Both the position numbers and the translations under genes were made by a program. A stretch of DNA of 64,000 nucleotides from Scyliorhinus canicula (taxonomy: Eukaryota), in contig NC_052166.1 in the NCBI RefSeq assembly GCF_902713615.1, forward strand, positions 2,342,961 to 2,406,960, in the 5' to 3' direction. The notes below the pieces were generated by a model. That model saw only the letters and a program-made list of their open reading frames with translations, did no database searches and was not told the origin of the DNA. Shown here in pieces: positions 11,210-22,200 of this stretch. Numbering within the stretch: the stretch's first letter is position 1; each line of letters opens with the position of its first letter.

Positions 11210-13970
11210 AGAGGGTTGCAGGAGGTTACAGATAGGGAGGTGACAGAGATAGAGAGGGTTGTCGGGGCTGGAGGAGGTTACAGAGATAGGGAGGAGTGTA
11301 GGGGCTGGAGGAGGTTACAGAGATAGGGAGGGTTGTCGGGGTTGGAGGAGGTTACAGAGATAGGGAGGGGTGTAGGGACTGGAGGAGGTTACAGAGATAG
11401 GGAGGGTTGTCGGGGTTGGAGGAGGTTACAGAGATAGGGAGGGGTTGTAGGGACTGGAGGAGGTTACAGAAATAGGGAGGGTTGCAGGGGCTGGAGATTA
11501 CAGAGATAGGGAGGGTTGTAGGGGCTGGAGGAAGTTACAGAGATAGGGAGGGTTGTAGTGGCTGGGGGAGGTTATAGAGATAGGGTTGTAGGGGCTGGAG
11601 GAGGTTACAGAGATAGGGAGGGGTGTAGGGGCTGGAGGAGGTTAGAGATAGGGAGGGGTATAGGGGCTGGAGGAGGTTACAGAGATAGGGAGGGGTGTAG
11701 GGGCTAGAGGAGGTTATACAGATAGGCAGGGTTGTCGGGGCTGGAGGAGGTTTCAGAGATAGGAAGGGTTGTCGGGGCTGGAGGAGGTTACAGAGATAGG
11801 GAGGGATGTAGGGGCTGGAGGAGGTTACAAATAGGGAGGGGTGTCGGGGCTGGAGGAGGTTACAGAGATAGGGAGGGTTGTAGGGGCTGGAGGAGGTTAC
11901 AGAGATTGGGAGGGTTGTCAGGGCTGGAGGAGGTTACAGAAATAGGGAGGGTTGTAGGGGCTGGAGATTACAGAGATAGGGAGGGTTGTAGGGGCTGGAG
12001 GAGGTTACAGAGATAGGGAGGGTTGTAGGGGCTGGAGGAAGTTACAGAGATAGGAACGGGTTGTAGGGGCTGGGGGAGGTTACAGAGATAGGGAGGGGGT
12101 GTAGGGGCTGGAGGAGGTTACAGAGATAGGGAGGGGTGTAAGGGCTGGAGGAGGTTATAGAGATAGGGAGGGTTGTCGGGGCTGGAGGAGGTTACAGAGA
12201 TAGGAAGGGTTGTGGGGGCTGAAGGAGGTTACAGAGATAGGGAGGGTTGTAGGGGTTGGAGGAGATTACAGAGATAGGGAGGGTTGTAGGGGCTGGAGGA
12301 GGTTACATAGGGAGAGTTGTGGGGGCTAGAGGACGTTACAGAGATAGGGAGGATTGTAGGGGTTGGAGGTTACAGAAATAGGGAGGATTGTAGGAGCTGG
12401 AGGAGATTACAGAGATAGGGAGGGTTGTAGGGGCTGGAGGAGGTTACAGAGATAGGGAGGGTGTAGGCGCTGGAGGTGGTTACAGAGATAGGGAGGGGTG
12501 TAGGGGCTGGAGGTTACATAAATAGGGTGTGTTGTAGGTACTGGAGGAGATTACAGAGATAGGGAGGGTGTACGGGCTGGAGGAGGGTTGTAGGGGCTGG
12601 AGGAGGTTACAGAGATAGGGAGGGTCTGTAGGGGCTGGAGGAGGTGACAGAGATAGGGAGGGTTGTAGGTACTGGAGTAGGTTACAGAGATAGGGAGGGT
12701 TGTGGGGGCTGGAGGAAGTTTCAGAGATAGGGAGGGTTGTAGGGGCTGGAGGAGGTTACAGAGATAGGGAGGTTGTAGAGGCTGGAGGAGGTTACAGAGA
12801 TAGGGAGGGTTGTAGGTACTGGAGGAGGTTACAGAGATAGGGTGTAGGGGCTGGAGGAGGGTTGTAGGGGCAGGAGGAGGTTACAGAGATAGGCAGGGTC
12901 TGTAGGGGCTGGAGGAGGTGACAGAGATAGGGAGGGTTGTAGGTACTGGAGGAGGTTACAGAGATAGGGAGGGTTGTAGGGGCTGGAGGAGGTTACAGAG
13001 ATAGGGAGGGTTGTAGGGGGCTGGAGGAGGTTACAGAGATAGGGAGGGCTATGGTGGCTGGAGGAGGTTTCAGAGATAGGGAGGGGTGTAGGGGCTGGAG
13101 GAGGTTACAGTGATAGGGAGGGGGGTGTAGGGGCTGGAGGAGGTTACAGAGATAGGGAGGGGTGTAGGGGCTGGAGGAGGTTACAGATAGGGAGGGTTGT
13201 CGGGGTTGGAGGAGGTTACAGAGATAGGGAGGGGTGTAGGGGCTGGAGGAGGTTTCAGAGATAGGGAGGGTGTAGGGGCTGGAGGAGGTTTCAGAGATAG
13301 GGAGGTTTGTAGGAGCTGGAGGAGGTTTCAGAGATAGGGAGGGTTGTAGGAGCTGGAGGAGGTTTCAGAGATAGGGAGGGTTGTGGTGGCTGGAGGAGGT
13401 TTCAGAGATAGGGAGGGGTGTAGGAGCTGGAGGAGGTTTCAGAGATAGGGAGGGTTGTGGTGGCTGGAGGAGGTTTCAGAGATAGGGAGAGTTGTGGTGG
13501 CTGGAGGAGGTTACAGAGATAGGGAGGGTGTAGGGGCTGGAGGAGGTTACAGAGATAGGGAGGGTTGTAGGGGCTGGAGGGGGTTACAGAGATAGGGAGG
13601 GGTGTAGGGGCTGGAGGAGGTTACAGAGATAGGGAGGGTTGTAGGGGCTGGAGGAGGTTACAGAGATAGGGAGGGTTGTGGTGGCTGGAGGAGGTTACAG
13701 AGATAGGGAGGGTTGTAGGGGCTGGAGGAGGTTACAGATATAGGGAGGGGTGTAGGGAGCTGGAGGAGGTTACAGAGATAGGGAGGGTTGTAGGGGCTGG
13801 AGGAGGTTACAGAGATAGGGAGGGTTGTAGGGGCTGGAGGGGGTTACAGAGATAGGGAGGGGTGTAGGGGCTGGAGGAGGTTACAGAGATAGGGAGGGTT
13901 GTAGGGGCTGGAGGGGGTTACAGAGATAGGGAGGGGTGTAGGGGCTGGAGGAGGTTACAGAGATTGGGAG
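11210..13970 (+). repeat. 37-bp purine-rich minisatellite (GGGGCTGGAGGAGGTTACAGAGATAGGGAGGGTTGTA)n
   Basis: Direct tandem repetition over ~2.7 kb. Confidence 0.95.
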
Positions 13971-16690
13971 TGATGTGTTGGGTAAGCTGGGTCTGCGAGG
14001 ACTGCGTTTACCATAGCAGTGAGAGAGACAGGCTTCCAACACTTGAAGAAATGCAACTCGATTTTATTGAACTCTTAACTATCATACATACTTTAACTGT
14101 GGGTTGACACTATGCTGAGTTGACTGGAGACCTGAGGCTAACCTGACCAGACTATCTCACTACCACATGGTGTTTGTACTAGTTGCTGCTCACGGGCTCT
14201 GACTATCTCAGAGGCTGGATCCCGAGAGAGCGGGAAAACTAGTGCCCTCTGGCTTTATAGTGGCCGTGTCCTGTCTAGTGATTGGCTGCTGTGTTCTGTG
14301 TGTTCATTGGTCAATCACTGCCTGTCTGTGCACCATCATATACCTGTGTGTATATTATGACATCTCCTCCCCTTTTGTTTTATAAAAAATGTGTGTAGGT
14401 CAATAAATAGTGAGTGTGTGTGTACAGGAGCCTGACTATATACAAAGTATGTTAACGTATTTACATGGGAAAGTGTCCAGTGCAGATAGAGGGCAGATAA
14501 CAAATTAGGAAGAAGCAATATGTACAGATGTGTAAACGGATCACAAGATCATGCAGTCTATAAATTCAGTCTCTGTGGCAGGCAACGAATTCTGGTTGAC
14601 CGAACGAGCATTGGCTCTATTAAGTCGCATCCAACTGTATTTGCCAAAACCCCTTGGAGGCATCCAGCTTCGTGAAAAACTTGGCGTGAGCCATTTCGCT
14701 GGTGAGCTCTTCTCGTTTAGGGATAGGGTAGTGTTCCCTCATGATGTTACGGTTCAAATCTTTGGGGTCGATACAAATGCGAAGTTCCCCTGATGGTTTA
14801 TTGACACAGACCATGGAGCTAACCCAGTCCGTGGGACCTGTGACATTAGAAATGACGCCCTGGTCCTGGAGGTCTTGCAGCTGCTGCTTGAGGTGGTCCT
14901 TAGGGGGTGCCGGTACCCGACGCGATGCATGAACCACAGGTGTGGCATTCGGCTTCAGCAGTATCTTGCATTGGTAAGGGAGTGTGCCCATACCTTCAAA
15001 GACGCTGTGGTATCGCGCTATGATGTCATCTAATTGGGCTTGGAAGTTGACATCTGACGAGGCCGTTGCCTCTGCGGACGACATGGTGTGAACCAGCTGC
15101 ACAAGATTCAGGAGTTTGCAGGCCCGAGCACCGAGCAGGGAAGCTCTGTCAGGTCCGAGCACCGAGCAGGGAAGCTCTGTCAGGTCCGAGCAGGGAAGCT
15201 CTGTCAGGCCCGAGCACCGAGCAGGGAAGCTCTGTCAGGCCCGAGCACCGAGCAGGGAAGCTCTGTCAGGCCCGAGCACCGAGCAGGGAAGCTCTGTCAG
15301 GCCCGAGCACCGAGCAGGGAAGCTCTGTCAGGCCCGAGCAGGGAAGCTCTGTCAGGCCCGAGCAGGGAAGCTCTGTCAGGCCCGAGCACCGAGCAGGGAA
15401 GTGCTGTCAGGCCCGAGCACCGAGCAGGGAAGCTCTGTCAGGCCCGAGCACCGAGCAGGGAAGCTCTGTCAGGCCCGAGCACCGAGCAGGGAAGCTCTGT
15501 CAGGCCCGAGCACCGAGCAGGGAAGCTCTGTCAGGCCCGAGCACCGAGCAGGGAAGCTCTGTCAGGCCCGAGCACTGAGCAGGGAAGCTCTGTCAGGCCC
15601 GAGCACTGAGCAGGGAAGCTCTGTCAGGCCCGAGCACAGAGCAGGGAAGCTCTGTCAGGCCCGAGCAGGGAAGCTCTGTCAGGCCCGAGCACCGAGCAGG
15701 GAAGCTCTGTCAGGCCCGAGCACCGAGCAGGGAAGCTCTGTCAGGCCCGAGCACCGAGCAGGGAAGCTCTGTCAGGCCCGAGCAGGGAAGCTCTGTCAGG
15801 CCCGAGCAGGGAAGCTCTGTCAGGCCCGAGCACCGAGCAGGGAAGCTCTGTCAGGCCCGAGCACCGAGCAGGGAAGCTCTGTCAGGCCCGAGCACCGAGC
15901 AGGGAAGCTCTGTCAGGCCCGAGCACCGAGCAGGGAAGCTCTGTCAGGCCCGAGCACCGAGCAGGGAAGCTCTGTCAGGCCCGAGCACTGAGCAGGGAAG
16001 CTCTGTCAGGCCCGAGCACCGAGCAGGGAAGCCCTGTCAGGCCCGAGCACCGAGCAGGGAAGCTCTGTCAGGCCCGAGCACCGAGCAGGGAAGCTCTGTC
16101 AGGCCCGAGCACCGAGCAGGGAAGCTCTGTCAGGCCCGAGAAGGGAAGCTCTGTCAGGCCCGAGCACCGAGCAGGGAAGCTCTGTCAGGCCCGAGCACTG
16201 AGCAGGGAAGCTCTGTCAGGCCCGAGCACCGAGCAGGGAAGCTCTGTCAGGCCCGAGCACCGAGCAGGGAAGCTCTGTCAGGCCCGAGCACCGAGCAGGG
16301 AAGCTCTGTCAGGCCCGAGCAGGGAAGCTCTGTCAGGCCCGAGCACCGAGCAGGGAAGCTCTGTCAGGCCCGAGCACCGAGCAGGGAAGCTCTGTTGGTT
16401 CCTACAATTTCAAATCGCAGCGTTGCTTTTGAAGAACGATGGGATACCACAGGCTGGCATGAGCCACTGGCAGCAATGGCATTGCCATTGTAGTCGAGGA
16501 GCTGGCAGGCCGGTGGAAGAATGTGTCCAATCTCACATCTGACATGTGGCAGGCTCCCAACACAGCGGTGCTTCCCTCCATGTCCATCCAACACGGCAAA
16601 GGTGCTTCAGGGTGATGTATGAGGATCACCGAGTTTTACAGCACACAAGGAGACCATTTAGTCCATTTAGTCCGTGCTAGAAAGCTGCTG
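13971..16690 (-). mobile_element. Truncated Gypsy (K02A2.6-like) element: 3' LTR 13971-14362, PPT, RT N-terminal fragment, protease end
   Basis: LTR TGTCATAAT...ACATCA on the minus strand with PPT GGGGAGGAGA. RT motifs WVSSMVCVNKPSGELRICIDPKDLN and FTKLDASKGFWQI (ORF 14620-15162). No 5' LTR or gag found. Confidence 0.85.
15115..16395 (+). repeat. 31-bp minisatellite (GGCCCGAGCACCGAGCAGGGAAGCTCTGTCA)n with 24-bp variant units
   Basis: Tandem units interrupting the Gypsy pol sequence. Confidence 0.95.
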
Positions 16691-16811
16691 AGGTCGCGGG
16701 AATGTTCGCCAATCCGTATTCAGGAATCTAGCTGATTCTGTCAGAGGGTTTTTCCTGCTCTGTTGCTCTTTCTGGGGAAGGTTAAAATGTTTGTCCTTCA
16801 CTCTTCTGCAG

Positions 16812-17093
16812 CCAAGCCGTCCGTCAACATAACCGTGCACCGCTTGCCCAGCAAGAAGGAACTCTTGCTCCTCATCTGCCGCATGGACGGATTTTACCCA
16901 AGTGGCTTCAACGCAACCTGGCTGCTCAATGGTGATGAGGTCGAGCAGGAGGTGTTGAGTAGCAGTGTTTTACCAAACATGGATGGGACATTCCAGTCCA
17001 CTCTGCAGATCACTATTACCCCCAGGAGCGGCGATGCCTACAGCTGCCAAATGGAGCACAGTAGCAGCCCTGACAAACTAACAGCAACTTGGG
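16812..17093 (+). CDS. WB: Ig-C1 exon (beta2 domain) of an MHC W-category beta chain-like gene (gene 2)
   Basis: Acceptor cttctgcag|CC and donor TGG G|gtaagt, phase 1-1, 282 nt open. AKPSVNIT...LICRMDGFYPSGFNATWLLNG...VLPNMDGTFQ...YSCQMEHSS...TATW has the C1-set Cys/Trp and a class I alpha3-type PxxDGTFQ. Confidence 0.8.
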
Positions 17094-19208
17094 GTAAGTC
17101 CTCTCCCACAATCGATTGAGACGCAAAGAAGCATCACCTGGTCTCTCACTGGCCCAAGTGGGCCAGGAAAATTAGCATCTTTTGATGCTTGCATTGATTT
17201 ATTGCTCTGTGTAATCTTAGATGTAAATAAATTTACCTGTTCATTTTTTAGCCTGAAAGAGATGATTTACCTGTGATGTTTGCTGTGATTACAGTCAATG
17301 TGAGGATTATTTTGGGACTAAAGGAGCATTTTTAATGTATAAGACTTCAGGGCACGAGTATAGACGGATGTTGTGATTCACAAGGTGTTTGAAACTCTAT
17401 TTAATTAAAATGTCACTCTGCCTCGCCAGAGGCTCTTCAATAGTTTTCAGTGCCTCTGGGGTACAAAGGGAGGGCGGAGACTTCAGCCTATTTCAATTCT
17501 GAGACTGGGTTTAGGCGAGGGTAGTTGTAGAGGATCATCCATGAGCTAAGTGAATGTGGGTGGAACAGGCTTGAAGGGTTGAATGGCCTCTTGCTCTGCT
17601 CTGATTGGCACGGGGTGAGACAATATTGTGTCTGGTAATGGCCCCACCCTCTACTGAGGTTCAGGAGAGGAGGAGAAGGTCAGAGGGCAACCAGGTCCCA
17701 GGGAACATAAACCCTGTTGACTTCAGGGAGCGAGGTAAGGAGATGTTGGAGAATCTATTACAATAGCCAGGATCCATGTTGGTCAGACTTAACACAGGTC
17801 AGTCATGCGTGGGATTTTATGCCCCCCCTCCCTCACCATATGGGATATTTTCCAGCGCCATTGGCCTGAGGCGGGATCTTCTGCTCCCGTTGATGTGACT
17901 GGCTCTTTACACTGTTCGCTAATCGTGTGGCCAGGGAATGGGATGATCACACTGGAAAATTCAGCCCCCTGCTTTTGTGCAGTTTTGGGCAGGGAGGATG
18001 GGGATGGGGGTGTGCAGAAAACGGTAGGGAATTCCTCTGGCAAATCATGTCTGTATCGTGATCTCAAACGGACAAAATGCACTACAGTTGGATCCATCCA
18101 GAGCCACATCAATGTGTGGTGTCCATGAACAGTTCTTAGCACCAGAGAGCCTTGGCCTGCCTAAACAACTCCCCTTTGCTTGTGAGCTCAGCCGCATACC
18201 TGGAGGGGGTGGCGATGGGCAGAGACTACTGGAGCTGAACCATCACTTGATTGGTTTTCAGCACTTTCTGGAAGCAAGTGACATAGATACCTGCATGAGA
18301 ATAGCTATACCTGCCTATGCTGTGGTCCGTGATGTGAGGAAGCCTGGGGTGTCAGGGAGGAAAGAAAAAAGAGGCTTGCATCAATCCGGCAGTGTGACAT
18401 ATTTTGACCCTAATTCTATTTTGTTCCCTAGCTCCCAAGGTGAGGAGCTGGCCGGAACACGGATACGTGTCTGGGATAACAATAGGGATAGTCGGAATTA
18501 TGTTTGCCCTGGCTGGAGGGATCGGCAGGTGGAGAGGTAAGAGTATTGATGCATGTTCTAACCAACCCTTTGCCGACTAAATGGCACTCATCCCGTTCAG
18601 TTCAAGTTCTGTTTGCGGGACATGACTGTGGTGTATTGAATAATGCAATGTGCACGTTGTCTGTTTGAGGCCATTATACGCCTGAGGGAAATAAGTGCTG
18701 GTCTTGCCAACGGTGCCCACACCCCAAGAAATGCTACAGCCTCTGTGAGAGGATGGCATGACAGATTTCTGTTACTGGCCTTTATGCGTAGCCTAAAACA
18801 GGACATGCAAACAGGAGCATTTAGCCCAAGGGTTCAGCAGATACGTCCATCTTTCTCCTCTTGAGGGCTATAAGAATGCAGACTGTGGGGACGATTCTGT
18901 ACCCGTATCCGCTCGCCGGCAACGAGAACAGCATCACGGAGGCAAAATCTCATGAGAACTGTTTCCCGATATGCCACACTCTCGCCGCCGACGTTGTGGG
19001 CGTGAGACTGCATTTTAATAGATTTACATACATTTTAATCTCACTACTGAGCTCCACCTGCCACATGCCGTCATGTCAGTGAGGTTTACAACAACTTTCT
19101 GAAAATGTGAATCACAGATGGTTTAGTCTGTGAGTTTTATAGGGAGTTCAAGGACCTGTTGATAGAGCCATTGGTGGGTATATATTGACACTCTTTTGTT
19201 TAGGCAGG

Positions 19209-22200
19209 TGTTATGGGCCAGGGTTTAGAGAACCCCCAACGTTTCTCATGGAGTTCACCTGACCCACAACTTTGAATAGATTGTGGTATGGGGAGCACAC
19301 GGCCCACTCTACAGGTGTGGTAGAGCTGAAATCGAAAGTAATTTTAAAGCAAAACAATGCTTATTCTATGAACTCAAGTTAACCTTTTTAAAACATACAG
19401 TGAACATTTTAGCATCCATCAATTCAAATACACCCCCCAAAGAATACAACATTCCAAGTAATACTTAAACTTTCCCTTCAACATCCATAAGACAACAAAA
19501 ACCTTTTAACAGAAGCACATCAGGTTTAAATTCACTACTGAGAACAGTTATCACTCTGAATTCACCAAATGATCAAGAGACAGTCTTTAGATTGCAGAGA
19601 GATCGAAATTACACCTTCTTTGGCTGGCTTCAGCTCCAACACTAAAAACGAAAGCAAAAAACACAGACAAACCCAAGCTTTTCTCAAAGTGAACCTAAAA
19701 GCTGACAGGCAGCCCAGCTCCACCCACACTCTGACACCACTGCAGTAAACAGCCATTTCTTAAAGACCCGTTTCTTAAAGGTACTCTCACATGACACCTC
19801 CCCCCAAGAAAAACAAAATAAACCATCAACTTCAAGATGGTTTCATTTTTCACCTTCTCATTATCCTTTAAGAAATATGGACAGTGAATATACATTTTTT
19901 TTCAATAAAACAAAACAATGCAAACATTTAATAACAGTCCATTTTTGTTCTTCTTCCTCCAACTGAAATCCTTCTCGATTGAAAGTCTCTTTGAACAAGA
20001 AGGTCTCTGCACAATCGATCCATTTCCCTACGCCTCGGCAGTTCTCTTTAAAGTCAGATACTTTAGTTCAATCTGATCACAGCGTCCCTTGTAATTCTCC
20101 AATACAGGAGCATTGGTTATCACAGCTTTCAGCAAGTCTTCAGCCTGTTGAAACTCTGCTGTCCACAGAAATTCTCGACGTTTCTTCAGTAAATCCATCA
20201 GTGGAGCAACCACGCTACAAACATTTGGCACAAATGTTCAATCAAATCCATTCATGCCAAGAAATCGCATTATTTCCCTTTGTGTTGAGGGTATTGGAAA
20301 CCCCTCAATAACTGTTTCACATCCCGTGGGACCATTCGACCCTGTCCGATTGTATGGCTAAGGAAAGTGACTTGGGCTTTTCCAAATTCACTTTTGGCTA
20401 GGTTTATCACCAAACCCGCCTCCTGAAGTCGATCGAATAACTCCATCAGATGTTTTAAATGTTCTTTCCATGTCTGGCTGAAAATTACCAGATTGTCGAT
20501 GTATACCGCAGAATTGGGTAATCCTGAAACGACTGTGTTTGTTAACCGTTGAAATGTGACTGTGGCATTTTTCATGCCAAATGGCATAACTTTGAATTGG
20601 TATATACCATCTGCAATCACAAAATCTGAAAACTCCTTCGCCCTTTTGGATAAAGGTACCTGCCGGTAACCTTTAAGTAAATCCAGTTTGGAAATAAAAG
20701 CTGAATGTTTCAATGCAATCCTCCAAACGTGGGATAGGATAAGAGTCCGTTCTTGTAACTGCATTAACCTTTTTATAGTCCACACATAACTGTTGGGTGC
20801 CGTCTGGTTTAGGTACCATCACAATGGGTGAGCTCCATTGGCTGCAGCCCACTTCAATTATGCCATTTTTAAGCAAACTTTCAATCTCCTTGTTAACCTG
20901 TGCCAATTTTAAAAGGTTAAGTCTATATGGATATTATTTGATTGGAACAGCATTTCCCATACCTACATCATGTATAGCCATTTTAGTGCTTCACAACTTA
21001 GCTCCACAAACTTGCCCATATGATATCAATAACTCTTTCAGGTCAGTTTGTGTTTCCTATGGATAAGCTTGACATCAACATTGTCTTTAATGTCTGATGC
21101 CACCTTTCTACTGCTCCCTGCGATTCTGGATCGTACGCAGTTGATTTAAATAGTTTTATTCCTAAGCTATCCATAACTTCTTTGAATAACCTTGAGGTAA
21201 AATTTGATCCTTGATCCGATTGTATTTCTGTGAGTAGTCTATATCTAGGAAAGAATCCTCCACAATCTTTTTAGCTGTAATATTACGTACTTGAATGGCC
21301 TCTGGAAACCTAGTAGACACATCCATTATCGTCAAAAGATATTGATTCCCATGTTTCATTTTAGGAAGCGGTCCTACGCTATCAATTAGGACCCTTGTAA
21401 AAGGTTCCTCAAATGCTGGAATGGGTATTAAGGGCGCTGGTTTTATCACTGCACATGTAATTTCACTACATCTTTACGTTGTCCAGGCCAATAAAAATGT
21501 TTTTGTATTTTAGCTTGAGTTTTCCTTACTCCTAAATGACCTCCCACTGGTACCTCATGTGCAACCTGCAACACCTCCTTTCTATACCCTACCGGCAATA
21601 CTACTTGATGAACTTCTGCCCACTTTCATCTGCCTGCATATGTAAAAGTCTCCAGTTTCTCATCAAGACATCACTTTTACGGTAATAACACTCTGGTATA
21701 CACTCATATTCCACTTCCGTGTATGCTTACTGATACATCCGTTTCATTTCTATATCTTTCTGTTGTAACACTGCCAATTTTCCTGAACTAAAAAACATCC
21801 TCCACCTGTTCTTTTCCAATGATCTGATCAAAAATCGTTTCTCATAATGGCACTTCATCTTTATCTTCACTCTCCTCTTGTCTTAACCTGTGACTTTGCG
21901 ATCCTGTTGCTACACAATCCGGAAAAATCCCAGGATATTCATCCTTCAACACTTCAGTTGTCTGATTTTCCACTGGCTTATCAACCACAGTAGGCATCAT
22001 TCCCATCTGCGATCCAGCTATATCATTACCCAAGATAAACTGTATTCCTGGACAAGATAGTTTCTCTACTACTCCTACGACCACTTCACCACTCTTCACT
22101 GGACTTTCCAACCTTACCTTATATAATGGAACACTACTCCTCTCACCCCGAATTCCACATATCACAACCTTTTCTGGCAACATTCTTCCCAAACTATATA

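Noticed and set aside
15066-15991. Long ORFs in the 31-bp array, and similar ORFs at 33540-34641, 38499-41255 and 47420-48574
   Set aside because: Translations of tandem or simple repeats, or of N-gaps. No domain content or splice support.
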